Shown: positions 51,812 through 61,855 of the stretch, piece after piece
Layout of the letters: each line of letters starts with the position of its first letter
How positions within the stretch are numbered: the first letter of the stretch is position 1
Origin: an uncultured Bacteroidales bacterium
Lineage (GTDB): Bacteria > Bacteroidota > Bacteroidia > Bacteroidales > WCHB1-69
Length of the DNA stretch: 64,000 nt
Assembly (NCBI GenBank): GCA_946186495.1
Contig: CAMHNQ010000003.1
Span: 32,599 to 96,598 of the forward strand
Direction: 5' to 3'
Made by a program: the position numbers and the translations under genes
The notes under the pieces: generated by a model
Told to the model about the DNA's origin: nothing
Databases searched by the model: none
The model's input: the letters and a program-made list of their open reading frames with translations, nothing else

Positions 51812-53287
51812 TTAATAGGCCCGTGCGAACAACACCCGTTGGTGCGACGGCTTGCCGGTAAGGATACACTTGCCCTCTTCTTGAGGGTTGTTGAACGGAA
51901 TGCAGCGGATGGTCGCCTTGCAAAGATCCTTGATTTTCTCTTCGGTTTCAGGGGTGCCGTCCCAGTGGGCATAAACAAATCCGGGCTTGTTGTCGAGCAG
52001 GTCGATGAACTCGTCCCAGGTGTCAGCCTTGTAGGTATGTTCTTCACGGAACTTGAGTGCTTTGTTGTAGAGGTTCTGTTGAATCTCCTCCAAAAGATGT
52101 TGGATATGTTCCACGAGCGTGTCGAAGGAGACATTGTATTTCTCCATGGTGTCGCGGCGAGCCACTTCTGCTTCGTTATTCTCCATATCTTTGGGTCCGA
52201 TGGCCACGCGTACGGGGACACCTTTCAGTTCATATTCGTTGAACTTCCAACCGGAGCGCTTGGTGTCATCGTTGTCGAACTTGACGGCAATGCCGAGGGA
52301 CTTGAGTTTTTGGACGAGTGTATCTACCTTGTCTGCAATCTGTTGACGTTGTTCTTCGGTTTTGTAAATCGGAACGATGACCACTTGGATAGGTGCAAGG
52401 ACGGGAGGAAGCACGAGGCCGTTATCGTCGGAGTGGGTCATGATGAGGGCGCCGATGAGTCGTGTGGAGACGCCCCAGGAGGTGGCCCACACATATTCCT
52501 GTTCGTTCTTCTGGTTGAGGAACTTCACGTCGAAAGCCTTGGCGAAGTTTTGGCCGAGGAAGTGGGAGGTGCCGGCCTGCAAGGCCTTGCCGTCCTGCAT
52601 GAGGGCTTCGATGCAGTAGGTGTCGAGGGCGCCGCCGAAGCGTTCGTTCGGGGACTTGACACCCATGACGACGGGGATGGCCATGTGTTTCTCGGCGAAA
52701 TCGGCATAGACATGGATCATCTTGTCGGTTTCCTCGAGGGCTTCTTCACGGGTGGCGTGGGCGGTGTGGCCTTCCTGCCAGAGGAATTCGGCGGTGCGGA
52801 GGAAGAGGCGGGTACGCATCTCCCAACGGACGACGTTAGCCCACTGGTTGCATAGGATGGGGAGGTCGCGGTAGGATTGTATCCAATTCTTGTAGGTGTC
52901 CCAGATGATGGTTTCGGAAGTGGGGCGCACGATAAGTTCCTCTTCCAGCTTCGCTTCTGGGTCAACGACAACGCCGCCGCCGTTCGGGTCGTTCTTCAGA
53001 CGGTAATGGGTCACCACCGCACATTCCTTGGCAAAGCCCTCCACATGGCTGGCTTCACGGCTGAAGAAAGATTTCGGGATGAATATCGGGAAATAGGCGT
53101 TGGAATGGCCTGTATCCTTGAACATCTGGTCCAATTGACGTTGCATTTTCTCCCAAATCGCATATCCGTAGGGTTTTATAACCATACAACCACGCACGGA
53201 GGAGTTCTCCGCCAGGTCCGCTTTCTTCACAATGTCATTATACCACTGCGAATAATTCTCTGCTCTTGTACAAAAATTTTTTGCCAT
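51812..53287 (-). CDS. proS: proline--tRNA ligase
   Basis: 491 aa, class II aaRS of the archaeal/eukaryote-like ProRS type usual in Bacteroidota. Segments [16 protein letters not shown] and [14 protein letters not shown]. Confidence 0.95.
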   Translation of the reverse strand: MAKNFCTRAENYSQWYNDIVKKADLAENSSVRGCMVIKPYGYAIWEKMQRQLDQMFKDTGHSNAYFPIFIPKSFFSREASHVEGFAKECAVVTHYRLKNDPNGGGVVVDPEAKLEEELIVRPTSETIIWDTYKNWIQSYRDLPILCNQWANVVRWEMRTRLFLRTAEFLWQEGHTAHATREEALEETDKMIHVYADFAEKHMAIPVVMGVKSPNERFGGALDTYCIEALMQDGKALQAGTSHFLGQNFAKAFDVKFLNQKNEQEYVWATSWGVSTRLIGALIMTHSDDNGLVLPPVLAPIQVVIVPIYKTEEQRQQIADKVDTLVQKLKSLGIAVKFDNDDTKRSGWKFNEYELKGVPVRVAIGPKDMENNEAEVARRDTMEKYNVSFDTLVEHIQHLLEEIQQNLYNKALKFREEHTYKADTWDEFIDLLDNKPGFVYAHWDGTPETEEKIKDLCKATIRCIPFNNPQEEGKCILTGKPSHQRVLFARAY

Positions 53288-53314
53288 AAAAACTGATATA
53301 TATTAACTTTTTAG

Positions 53315-53322
53315 TACTTTTG
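53315..53322 (+). promoter_or_regulatory. -7 box TACTTTTG
   Basis: TAnnTTTG match 57 nt upstream of ATG 53380. Confidence 0.45.
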
Positions 53323-53367
53323 CCGTCTAATAAAAAATTAAGGTGCAAAAATAATAAATTAAGAGAT

Positions 53368-53374
53368 AAGGAGG
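53368..53374 (+). promoter_or_regulatory. canonical Shine-Dalgarno AAGGAGG, 5 nt before the ATG
   Basis: Read directly: ataAGGAGGacattATG. No other start in this window that I inspected has such a match. Confidence 0.5.
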
Positions 53375-53379
53375 ACATT

Positions 53380-55068
53380 ATGAAGAAACAAATTTTATTC
53401 GTACTGAGCGCAATAACTTGCTTATTGGCCGCTTGTTCGACAGCGAATTTCGCCTATTACGACGACATTTACTCGACTACGGGCGAGAACGACGCCCAGT
53501 CGGTGAAAGCCAGCGCCTCACAGAAGGCGACCGGAAAGCCTGCCGTGGAAGCCGATTCCATAATCTACGAGACCGACGAGAACGGCAACCTCCTCCGTAC
53601 ATTGACCTATTACCCGGGTAGCACTGAGCCGGTGGTCACCACCTACATGGAAGTGGTGGACGACTCTACAGCGGCCACCGGAGCCTCAAGCAGCTACGCT
53701 TACGACCCGGACGACTATTACGACTACGCCTACAGTTCCCGCCTTCGCCGGTTCCACACCAACGTCTATGCCGGCTGGGGTTACTACGACCCCTTCTTCA
53801 CCAACCTTTACTGGTACGACTACAGCCCGGCGAGCTTCGGCATAAGCATCTACTTGGGTTACAACTGGTGGTGGCCGAACTACTACTACCGTCCCTACTA
53901 CTACGCGCCCTGTTGGTATGACTACGGATGGCGCTATGGTTGGGGCTGGCACGGTCCTCACTACGTATACTATGATCCGTGTCATCATCATCACTACCAC
54001 CACGGTTGCGCCCCCGTTGACTACTACCACAACCACCGCGACCCGAACCACAGCTACTATTATGGTCACCGCAACAACCTCGGCCCCTCGGTGGGGAATC
54101 CCGGCAACGGCAGGGATCGCGGCGAACGTCCTGACGGCGGCAACAACCTGGCCGGCGGCATGGGCGGCGGCACCAACAACCACTACTCCGTGACCTCCAC
54201 CCCAGTCTCCTTCAACCAACGCTACGACCAGTTGGCAGGCACGACGGGTGCAGGAAGCTCCTCCAACGGCACCGCCACTCCCTCTTCCGCCCGTACGGAC
54301 CTCAACGGCAAAACCGCCTCTTCCGCCCGCACCGAGCCAAGCTCCAATGTAAAACCCACTACAGCACAGCCGATTAACAACGGCAACACCACCCGACCGG
54401 CCTCTGTGGCAGCCGACAGGACAGAGGGTACGGCCACGAATATCAGGCCCTCCGCAGCCACCACGAACACAAATGCCAGACCTTCTGCTACCACCACAAA
54501 CACGAACGCCAGACCCTCTGCTGCCACCACGAACACGAACGCCAGACCTTCTGCTACCACTTCCGCAACCGCTCCCCGCACGGTGACCCGCACGGTGGTG
54601 ACCCCCTCATCCGCAAACGCCCGTCCGACCAACAACGGCACCGCCCGCCCCACGACCTCCCGTCCCTCTTCCGGCACAACGACCATCACCCGGACTGTCC
54701 CGTCTAACAACAACGCACGTCCTGCCTCCACAACAAGGCCGTCCGCAACAAGCACTCCGTCAAGATCTTACAACCGTCCGTCAAGCAGCTCGACCAACAG
54801 CCGACCCTCCTACAGCGCACCCGCTAACGGCAGTCGCTCCAACTACAGCACGCCAGAGCGAAACAATAGCCGTTCAAACTACAGTTCGCCGTCACATAGC
54901 AGCCGTTCAAGCTACAGCTCGCCGTCAAGCAGCAGCCGTTCAAGCTACAGTTCGCCGTCAAGCAGCAGCCGTTCAAGCTACGGCGGCGGTTCAACCCACA
55001 GCGGCAGTTTTTCCCGAGGCGGCGGCGGTTCATACAGTTCCGGTTCACACGCCAGCGGAAGAAGATAG
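53380..55068 (+). CDS. lipoprotein with aromatic/His-rich block and long S/T/N/R/P-rich repetitive tail
   Basis: Lipobox LLAAC. Y/W-rich block (NWWWPNYYYRPYYYAPCWYDYGWRYGWGWHGPHYVYYDPCHHHHYHHG), then the RPSA(A/T)TTNTNA and SRSSYSSPSSS repeat arrays. 562 aa from ATG 53380. Confidence 0.75.
   Translation: MKKQILFVLSAITCLLAACSTANFAYYDDIYSTTGENDAQSVKASASQKATGKPAVEADSIIYETDENGNLLRTLTYYPGSTEPVVTTYMEVVDDSTAATGASSSYAYDPDDYYDYAYSSRLRRFHTNVYAGWGYYDPFFTNLYWYDYSPASFGISIYLGYNWWWPNYYYRPYYYAPCWYDYGWRYGWGWHGPHYVYYDPCHHHHYHHGCAPVDYYHNHRDPNHSYYYGHRNNLGPSVGNPGNGRDRGERPDGGNNLAGGMGGGTNNHYSVTSTPVSFNQRYDQLAGTTGAGSSSNGTATPSSARTDLNGKTASSARTEPSSNVKPTTAQPINNGNTTRPASVAADRTEGTATNIRPSAATTNTNARPSATTTNTNARPSAATTNTNARPSATTSATAPRTVTRTVVTPSSANARPTNNGTARPTTSRPSSGTTTITRTVPSNNNARPASTTRPSATSTPSRSYNRPSSSSTNSRPSYSAPANGSRSNYSTPERNNSRSNYSSPSHSSRSSYSSPSSSSRSSYSSPSSSSRSSYGGGSTHSGSFSRGGGGSYSSGSHASGRR
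54445..54562 (+). repeat. in-frame 33-bp tandem repeat, about 3.5 units (RPSA[A/T]TTNTNA)
   Basis: Units at 54445-54477, 54478-54510 and 54511-54543, plus a partial fourth. Confidence 0.85.
54826..54985 (+). repeat. in-frame 33-bp tandem repeat, about 4 units (SRS[N/S]YSSPS[H/S]S)
   Basis: Units at 54868-54900, 54901-54933 and 54934-54966, with degenerate flanking units. Confidence 0.85.
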
Positions 55069-55082
55069 TACGACAAAACAAT

Positions 55083-55118
55083 TCACCAATCACCAATCAC
55101 CAATTCACCAATCACAAG
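55083..55118 (+). repeat. five tandem heptamers TCACCAA immediately 5' of the ATG at 55122
   Basis: tcaccaa tcaccaa tcaccaa ttcaccaa tcacaag, then gaaaATG. Confidence 0.8.
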
Positions 55119-55121
55119 AAA

Positions 55122-56564
55122 ATGAAAAGAATAGCAGCATACATCATCGTGATCATGAGTATTTTCGGTATGGCGCGGGCGCAGGGCGACTATGAGGCCA
55201 TCACCTTCTCGCAGTCGGACTATTGGGGCACGGCGCGCTTCATGGGAGCCGGCGGCGCTTTCGGGGCCACGGGCGGAGACTTCTCGGCCGTAAGCACGAA
55301 CCCTGCCTCCATCGGTCTCTTCAAGCGGCACGAGACCTCCATCACCCCGATGGTATTGTCATTCGGCTATACCGACACCTACTATTACAACGGCAAGAGT
55401 TCCGCGCAAAAGTTCAAATACACGGTTCCGCAGGCTGGCATTGTACTGGCCAACAGCATCCGGCAAGACACCAAATGGAAGTTCTGGCAATTCGGGTTCG
55501 GATACAACCGCATCATGGACTTCAACCAGACATTCCGCGCCAACGCGCAGGTTAACAGCACATTGGCTGACATGATTATTCCTCATGCCAACGGAACGGA
55601 CTACCGTTACCTCACCGGCGACGCCGCGTTGGCCTGGTACGGTTGGGTTATCGACACCATCCCAGGCACCCACAACCAATACTACAGCTTCTTCTCCAAC
55701 CAAGACATTGAACAGCAAGCGCTTGTCGTGCGCAGCGGCGCCATCAACGAGATGAGCCTCACCTTGGGCGGCAACTACAACGACAAGCTGTTCATTGGCG
55801 CCTCCCTGGGTTTCCCGTTCCTGGATTTCAAAGAGACGACCACCTACAGGGAGATGCCTGCCTACGGGGGCGACCTCTCCGGGGTCAAAGACTACACCCT
55901 CACGTCTGTCCAACGTAACACGGGTGCCGGCGTGAACTTCAAGCTCGGTTTCACCTACCAGCCCGTCAACTTCATACGCATCGGCGCGGCCTTCCACACG
56001 CCCACCTACTATTGGAAAGTCAGAGACAACTTCTACAGGGATATCCTGACCCACCTCTCCAACGGCACCAACTTAGACTACAATTACGAGAACATCAACA
56101 CATTCACGCTGACCACCCCGTTGAAGTTCAATGTCAACAGTGCATTCCTCATCGCCAAGCGCGCTTTTGTGGCGGCAGAATACGAGTTCGAGAACTACGG
56201 CATGGCTACACTCTATGCCGACAACTACGACTACATTGCTGAAAACGAGGCTATCAAAACCAAATACGGCATCTCCCACAGTGTGCGCGTCGGTGCCGAA
56301 GTCAACGTCACGCAAGGGTTCGCCCTCCGCGCCGGATACCGGCTCAGGACCTCTCCTTACAAGATGGCGGAGAGCAACTACAACAACATGGCACATTATG
56401 TCTCCGCCGGCCTGGGCTTCCGGGGGAAAATCCTCTTCTTCGACCTCGCCTACGTGCTTCGCATGAGCAAGGACTCCTACTGGCTTTACGATGCCTACGG
56501 TGCGCCCTGCCTGTACAACTCCAAGATTCACAGCGTAGTGGCCACCATCGGCTGCAAGTTCTGA
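55122..56564 (+). CDS. FadL/OMPP1-like outer-membrane beta-barrel protein
   Basis: Signal peptide. N-terminal ARFMGAGGAFGATGGDFSAVSTNPASIGL, like the FadL-family hatch region. Beta-strand-rich, ends ..ATIGCKF. Confidence 0.75.
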   Translation: MKRIAAYIIVIMSIFGMARAQGDYEAITFSQSDYWGTARFMGAGGAFGATGGDFSAVSTNPASIGLFKRHETSITPMVLSFGYTDTYYYNGKSSAQKFKYTVPQAGIVLANSIRQDTKWKFWQFGFGYNRIMDFNQTFRANAQVNSTLADMIIPHANGTDYRYLTGDAALAWYGWVIDTIPGTHNQYYSFFSNQDIEQQALVVRSGAINEMSLTLGGNYNDKLFIGASLGFPFLDFKETTTYREMPAYGGDLSGVKDYTLTSVQRNTGAGVNFKLGFTYQPVNFIRIGAAFHTPTYYWKVRDNFYRDILTHLSNGTNLDYNYENINTFTLTTPLKFNVNSAFLIAKRAFVAAEYEFENYGMATLYADNYDYIAENEAIKTKYGISHSVRVGAEVNVTQGFALRAGYRLRTSPYKMAESNYNNMAHYVSAGLGFRGKILFFDLAYVLRMSKDSYWLYDAYGAPCLYNSKIHSVVATIGCKF

Positions 56565-56609
56565 AGCTTGTGGCTTTGCCAACTGTTAACGGACAACCCC
56601 TGTTTCGCT

Positions 56610-57401
56610 GTGAAACGCATCATCATCACCCTAACTTGTATAGTCGCCCTGGGCTTCGCAAACGCTCAAGAGCGACTTTTTTTCACACCACCCTCTTGCA
56701 CAAGCGTGACCACCGACATTCAAGGCAACCTCTACGTCACGAGCGGCGTCTCCCTCCACAAATTCACCGCCGACGGTGACAAACGGTGGAACTACAGCAA
56801 CCCCTCTTACGGAGACCTATCACAGGTGGATGCGGGCATCGCCTCGAAAATCCTGCTCTTTTATCGTGAGAGCAGCAATATCTTACTCCTAAACAGCGAG
56901 TTGGCCCCAATAGGGAACCCGCTGAACCTGCTCGACAAGTCGATGATGACCGTCAGCCTCGCAGCCATGGGCAACCCCGACAGAATCGTGCTGTACGATG
57001 ACGCCAACCAGGAGTTGACCATCACCGACCTGAACCTGAACGTGTTGTCGCGAACACAACTCACTTTCCCGGGAGAGTTCCATCCGACAACCATGCAGGT
57101 CGTGCCGGAACACCGCATCGCCCTGTTGGACACCCTGCGCGGCATTTGCCTCTTCGACTTCTACGGCACTTTCGACCGGACTATTCCGATTCCCGGAATA
57201 ATGGCTATGCAGTTGATGAAAAATCAAATTCTTTACCTGAAAGACAGGACATTATACCAATACACCTTACCCACGGAAACCACGCCTTTGGACCTCCAGC
57301 CTTTAAATACAGGAATGCCGGACATGAAAACGTTCCATATCCGGCATCACTTCTTGTATTATATTGACAACCAAAACGTTGTCTGGAAAAGCAAAATGTA
57401 G
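56610..57401 (+). CDS. hypothetical secreted protein, beta-propeller-like
   Basis: GTG 56610 gives VKRIIITLTCIVALGFANAQ (signal-like). The track start at 56568 is an alternative. Family not recognised. Confidence 0.55.
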   Translation: MKRIIITLTCIVALGFANAQERLFFTPPSCTSVTTDIQGNLYVTSGVSLHKFTADGDKRWNYSNPSYGDLSQVDAGIASKILLFYRESSNILLLNSELAPIGNPLNLLDKSMMTVSLAAMGNPDRIVLYDDANQELTITDLNLNVLSRTQLTFPGEFHPTTMQVVPEHRIALLDTLRGICLFDFYGTFDRTIPIPGIMAMQLMKNQILYLKDRTLYQYTLPTETTPLDLQPLNTGMPDMKTFHIRHHFLYYIDNQNVVWKSKM

Positions 57402-57425
57402 TCCTTCAGTCGTTCACTTTGCCTG

Positions 57426-58001
57426 TCACTCCGCAATCGCATCTTGAATACGGTCCTTGAACTCGTTCAGGCGGTTCTCGAACTTATGAATGCCGGCGAG
57501 GGCCACGAGGTAAGCGAGGCCATTGAGGATGATACCAATGCCGATGAGGACGGTGAGGGTCGTGCCGGCGGCTTTCGGGTAAACAAAACCCAGGATACCC
57601 AGGACGGCGGCCACGAGACCAAGAAGGCAGATGCACCACCAATAGGAGAATCCCACCTTCCTGAAGTCGAAGGCCTCAATAATCAGGGTGATGCCTTCCA
57701 CCATGACCCAGAAAGCGAACACGAACGGCAGGGAGGCCGCCACGGCCGGGGTGGAAGCAAGGAAGAATATGCCAAGGAAAATCTGCAACAAGGACGAGAG
57801 CATGCGGGTGCCGCTGTTCGGGAGGAACATTTGTGTCCTGAAGGTGAAAATCAAGGTAAACAGGCCAGACATCAGTATGATACAGCCTAACAGCCAAGCA
57901 CTTGCAAACAACGTCTCCACCGGTTTGCACAGACAAACAACACCCAGTGCGATGAGTGCCACGCCGGCAATCGCCAGCCAAATTTTTGTACTTTTCTTCA
58001 T
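57426..58001 (-). CDS. HdeD/DUF308-family membrane protein
   Basis: 191 aa with six TM segments and the repeated pattern typical of HdeD-like proteins (LGVVCLCKP..LLGCIILMSGLF). Confidence 0.75.
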   Translation of the reverse strand: MKKSTKIWLAIAGVALIALGVVCLCKPVETLFASAWLLGCIILMSGLFTLIFTFRTQMFLPNSGTRMLSSLLQIFLGIFFLASTPAVAASLPFVFAFWVMVEGITLIIEAFDFRKVGFSYWWCICLLGLVAAVLGILGFVYPKAAGTTLTVLIGIGIILNGLAYLVALAGIHKFENRLNEFKDRIQDAIAE

Positions 58002-58033
58002 ATTAACGGTTTTTAAGTAAAGGAAATGGTATT

Positions 58034-59239
58034 TTATTCGTGCTTATACACTGGCAGCGGTTGGTCAACCTGCTCGTTCCAGGGCAGGCCGTAACCGCCA
58101 ATCTCCTTCATGAAGGGATCCGGGTCGAACTGCTCGACGTTGAAGACACCCTTGCCCTGCCACGTGCCGGTGAGGATCATCTTTGCGCCCAGCATGGCGG
58201 GGACACCGGTGGTGTAGGAGACTGCCTGCGCGCCGACTTCCTTGTAGCAGGCGGCGTGGTCGCAGTTGTTCCACACATAGTAGGTGCGTTCCTTGCCGTC
58301 TTTCACGCCCTTGATCTGGCAGCCGATGGAGGTTTGGCCATGGTAACCCTCGCCAAGAGACGACGGTTCGGGCAGCACCGCCTTCAGGAACTGCAACGGC
58401 ACAATCTCCATGCCCTTGTAGTTGATGGGCTTGATGCTCGTCATGCCCACTTCTTGCAAGACGTTCAGCACGGTGAGGTATTTCTGTCCGAAAGTCATCC
58501 AGAAACGGGCGCGCTTGATAGTCGGATAGCTCTTTACGAGAGATTCAAGTTCCTCATGATAAAGCAGATACGACTCACGGTCACCGATATTAGGATATTC
58601 CACCGGACGATGAATCGACATCGGGTCGATTTCCACCCACTGGCCGTTCTCCCAATATTTTCCACGCTGCGTGATTTCCCGGATGTTGATTTCGGGGTTG
58701 AAATTAGTGGCGAACGCCTTTCCGTGGTCACCAGCATTGCAGTCGACGATGTCGAGATAGTGCATTTCATCAAAATAGTGCTTGGCGGCATACGCGGTGT
58801 AGATGCTGGTCATGCCGGGATCGAATCCGCAGCCGAGCAGGGCCATGATGCCGGCCTCCTTGAAACGGTCGTGGTAGGCCCACTGCCAGCTGTACTCGAA
58901 CTTCGCCTTGTCGCGGGGTTCGTAGTTGGCGGTGTCCATGTAGTTGGTTTTCGTGGCAAGACAGGCGTCCATCAAAGGAAGATCCTGATAAGGAAGTGCC
59001 ACATTAATCAGCAAATCAGGCTTGTAACTTTCGAGCAGACGTACTGTCTCCTCCACATTGTCGGCATCGACCTGGGCTGTCTGGATGCGATTGCCGCCGA
59101 TTTGGGCGGCGATGGCGTCGCATTTCGCCTTCGTACGCGAGGCCAACATGATTTCGGTGAACACTTCCGGCACGGAAGCGCATTTGTGAGCCACTACGGA
59201 ACCTACGCCGCCAGCTCCAATGATTAATACTTTTGCCAT
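58034..59239 (-). CDS. saccharopine-dehydrogenase-family enzyme, carboxynorspermidine synthase-like
   Basis: MAKVLIIGAGGVGSVVAHK Rossmann start, LINVALPYQDL, GCGFDPG. 401 aa. Confidence 0.85.
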   Translation of the reverse strand: MAKVLIIGAGGVGSVVAHKCASVPEVFTEIMLASRTKAKCDAIAAQIGGNRIQTAQVDADNVEETVRLLESYKPDLLINVALPYQDLPLMDACLATKTNYMDTANYEPRDKAKFEYSWQWAYHDRFKEAGIMALLGCGFDPGMTSIYTAYAAKHYFDEMHYLDIVDCNAGDHGKAFATNFNPEINIREITQRGKYWENGQWVEIDPMSIHRPVEYPNIGDRESYLLYHEELESLVKSYPTIKRARFWMTFGQKYLTVLNVLQEVGMTSIKPINYKGMEIVPLQFLKAVLPEPSSLGEGYHGQTSIGCQIKGVKDGKERTYYVWNNCDHAACYKEVGAQAVSYTTGVPAMLGAKMILTGTWQGKGVFNVEQFDPDPFMKEIGGYGLPWNEQVDQPLPVYKHE

Positions 59240-59286
59240 TTTACTAAGATGATTTAATGATACTTACCAGTTCTGATTTGAAAGTG

Positions 59287-59294
59287 CAAAGGTA
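59287..59294 (-). promoter_or_regulatory. -7 box TACCTTTG
   Basis: TAnnTTTG match 47 nt upstream of ATG 59239. Confidence 0.4.
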
Positions 59295-59344
59295 CATAAA
59301 TTTCAAATACACATGAACCTCCCGATTTCAGGCGGATCTCACTC

Positions 59345-59420
59345 CTGGAAAATCCCCATGCAGGAGGTGCCGCCTGCATTCAGGCAACTTCGAGTTCTTC
59401 CTTGAGGTCCTGTCATGCGG
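59345..59420 (+). pseudogene. relic of the 3' end of a paralog of the 60308-61855 gene
   Basis: attcaggcaacttcgagttcttcc (59378-59401) is identical to 61746-61769. The flanks are roughly 70 percent similar by eye. Confidence 0.6.
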
Positions 59421-59430
59421 CAACAACGCC

Positions 59431-60189
59431 CTATTCGGACTCCTTGTCCAAGACCAGGCGGAAGCCGATGTAGTTGAACGGGGAGTTGGGGATGCTTTGG
59501 CTGCGGGCGGAAACGCGGCAGACGTCCCAATAGCTGGTCATGCAGCCGCCGCGATAGACCTTGGTCTCGCCCAAGTTGTACCCGGTCGGGTTCACGAGCG
59601 TCTCGGCGGAGTTCCATTCATAGAGGTCGAAGCCGTCGCTGCACCATTCATAGACATTGCCGCTCATGTCATAGATACCCAGCTCGTTGGGTTTCCGGGT
59701 GCCGACCGCGTGGGGGATGTTCCCGCTGTTCTTCTTGCACCAGGCCACCTCCTCCAGGTCATCGGATCCGCTGAACCTGTAGTTGTGGGAAAGCCGGCCG
59801 CCGCGGGCTGCGTATTCCCATTCCGCCTCGGTGGGCAAACGGTATTTCCTGCCCGTGAGCTGGTTCAGCTTGGCAATGAAGGTCTGCGCCTCGTACCAGC
59901 TGACGCGCGTGACGGGCAGGCTGTCGCCGGTGACCTTGGAGGGGTTCTTGCCGCCCATCACCGCCATCCAGAGTGCTTGGGTCACTTCGTACTTGCCGAT
60001 GTAGAAGCTGTTTAGCCTCACCGGATGGGCCGGGGCTTCGTTGCGGGAGCAGTCGGCATGACTGTCCGTGCAGCCCATCATGAATTCTCCCCCCTGCACG
60101 TACACCAACTCGATGGTGGGGAGCTGTGCGCAGGCCGGAAATGCCAGCATAACCGCAACAATGGCGAAGAAAAAGTACCTATTTTTCAT
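59431..60189 (-). CDS. secreted formylglycine-generating-enzyme (SUMF1/FGE) domain protein
   Basis: Signal peptide. HPVRLNSFYIGKYEVTQALW and YRLPTEAEWEYAARGG motifs. 252 aa. Confidence 0.85.
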   Translation of the reverse strand: MKNRYFFFAIVAVMLAFPACAQLPTIELVYVQGGEFMMGCTDSHADCSRNEAPAHPVRLNSFYIGKYEVTQALWMAVMGGKNPSKVTGDSLPVTRVSWYEAQTFIAKLNQLTGRKYRLPTEAEWEYAARGGRLSHNYRFSGSDDLEEVAWCKKNSGNIPHAVGTRKPNELGIYDMSGNVYEWCSDGFDLYEWNSAETLVNPTGYNLGETKVYRGGCMTSYWDVCRVSARSQSIPNSPFNYIGFRLVLDKESE

Positions 60190-60307
60190 AACTTTAGAGA
60201 TTTAAGTTCTCTATTTTGCGACTGTCTTTTTTTCAAAAAGTTTAAGGTTCCAAAGTTAGAATAATTTTTTGTACTTTTGTCGAGTAAATATTTATCATCA
60301 TTAATTT

Positions 60308-61855
60308 ATGAAAAGATTATCCATTATAGCTCTGTTGCTTGGACTGTTAACCCTGTCGGGTGCTACGCAAACCACTTCCCTTGGCGGTCCTGTCGTGAAC
60401 ATGCAGAAAAACGCTGGAGTGTGGGTTCTGGACAACAACAATGACCACGTCGTCTTTGCCACGCTGCAACCCGGAATCCCACGCGGGTACGAGGACTTCC
60501 TGATTCACCGGTACGACAAGCACGCCCACACCATGGAGACCCAAAAGCTGGATGATGACCTGGATTGCCGTTTTGCCTATTATTACGACAACCGGGAAAT
60601 TGCCGTCAAACCAGCCACAAACAGCAAAACCAAATCCATTGAATATCTCAGGGCATCCGTGCCTTCGGCCGTTTCTTCCAAAGCAATCAAGAAATTGGAC
60701 TTCACCTCTTTCTACCAAGTGCCTTTGGAGTCGTACAGGTACACTTCCTCTCAAATAGCCTTTTCGCCAGACCGGTCAAAATTCGCCATACTGACCATCC
60801 TGAAGCCAAAATCCGACAAACAAGCCGCGCATGTTGCCGATGTCGCCGTATTCGAGGACAATGGCAGTCTCCTATGGCACCAACGCCAGCTCGCCCGTTG
60901 GATGGTCAACGATGAAATGCCATTTTTTCTGTCGGACGACGGGGTTGTCTATACGGCGGAATATGGCAGTTATTACAATGAATACGCCCATCAGAAAGAT
61001 TCGCTCCACATTTCAGTTTACAGCAATGACGATGTCCGAAATTATGTGGAAGGCTTCGGTGACGGAGCCGTGTTTAATTGCGGAAAGGGAATCTTGAAAG
61101 ACGGCCGTTTTGTAGTTTGCGGAGTACCCTGCACAAACAAGCGCAACTCCGGCCGGTTGCTCACCTATTTTGTCTCCCCGAACGGTGAAGTGGAAATGGA
61201 GGAATCCTCTTTTGAACTTTCTCTTGACGACGGGCATCGGTATGAATACAACGAGCTCAACAGCGGCCTTGAAAAGTTCCTTCCTTATATTTTTGAAGTT
61301 AAAGAACTGAATGACGGGAAATTACTTATAGTCGGCGAGTATAATTACCGGACTCAGGTGGGCACCTCCGTCACCATTGGCGGCGCGTGGGGCGTTGAGG
61401 AAATCATGGGTTACGTTTCCCGCAATCTTTTCGTCGCAACCCTCTCCGGCAAAGGCGAAGTGCTGTCCACCTATCTCTATCCCCGGGCTACCTCTACACC
61501 GGAGATTCGCCGCAAGACATACAATCTCAACCCCCCAGGGGTGTTTGTCCATGCTGGAAAAAACATGTTGATATACAATGACCACAAGGAGAATTTCGCC
61601 ACGGACAACAGCATTTGGCGACTCCTGTACAACAACAAGGCTGGAGAGACCTGCGTGGTGGTCGCCGATGCGCAACAGCAAGGGGCTTTCAATGGCAAAG
61701 CGGTTTTCGCTTCCGGAAAATCTCCCTACTTGCCAAGTTCCCCCTATTCAGGCAACTTCGAGTTCTTCCATACGATTTTGTCATGCGATGAGGATGCCGT
61801 ATATTACCTGCTAAAGCGTGATGACGGCTTCCACGTGGAACGGATTACTTGGTAA
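60308..61855 (+). CDS. hypothetical secreted protein (515 aa)
   Basis: Signal peptide MKRLSIIALLLGLLTLSGA. Family not recognised. Transcribed divergently from the FGE-like gene. Confidence 0.65.
   Translation: MKRLSIIALLLGLLTLSGATQTTSLGGPVVNMQKNAGVWVLDNNNDHVVFATLQPGIPRGYEDFLIHRYDKHAHTMETQKLDDDLDCRFAYYYDNREIAVKPATNSKTKSIEYLRASVPSAVSSKAIKKLDFTSFYQVPLESYRYTSSQIAFSPDRSKFAILTILKPKSDKQAAHVADVAVFEDNGSLLWHQRQLARWMVNDEMPFFLSDDGVVYTAEYGSYYNEYAHQKDSLHISVYSNDDVRNYVEGFGDGAVFNCGKGILKDGRFVVCGVPCTNKRNSGRLLTYFVSPNGEVEMEESSFELSLDDGHRYEYNELNSGLEKFLPYIFEVKELNDGKLLIVGEYNYRTQVGTSVTIGGAWGVEEIMGYVSRNLFVATLSGKGEVLSTYLYPRATSTPEIRRKTYNLNPPGVFVHAGKNMLIYNDHKENFATDNSIWRLLYNNKAGETCVVVADAQQQGAFNGKAVFASGKSPYLPSSPYSGNFEFFHTILSCDEDAVYYLLKRDDGFHVERITW

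Noticed and set aside
54445-54985. Regular 33-bp repeats that could superficially resemble a CRISPR array
   Set aside because: The units are directly tandem with no unique spacers, are in frame inside a long ORF, and translate to peptide repeats. There are no cas genes in the window.
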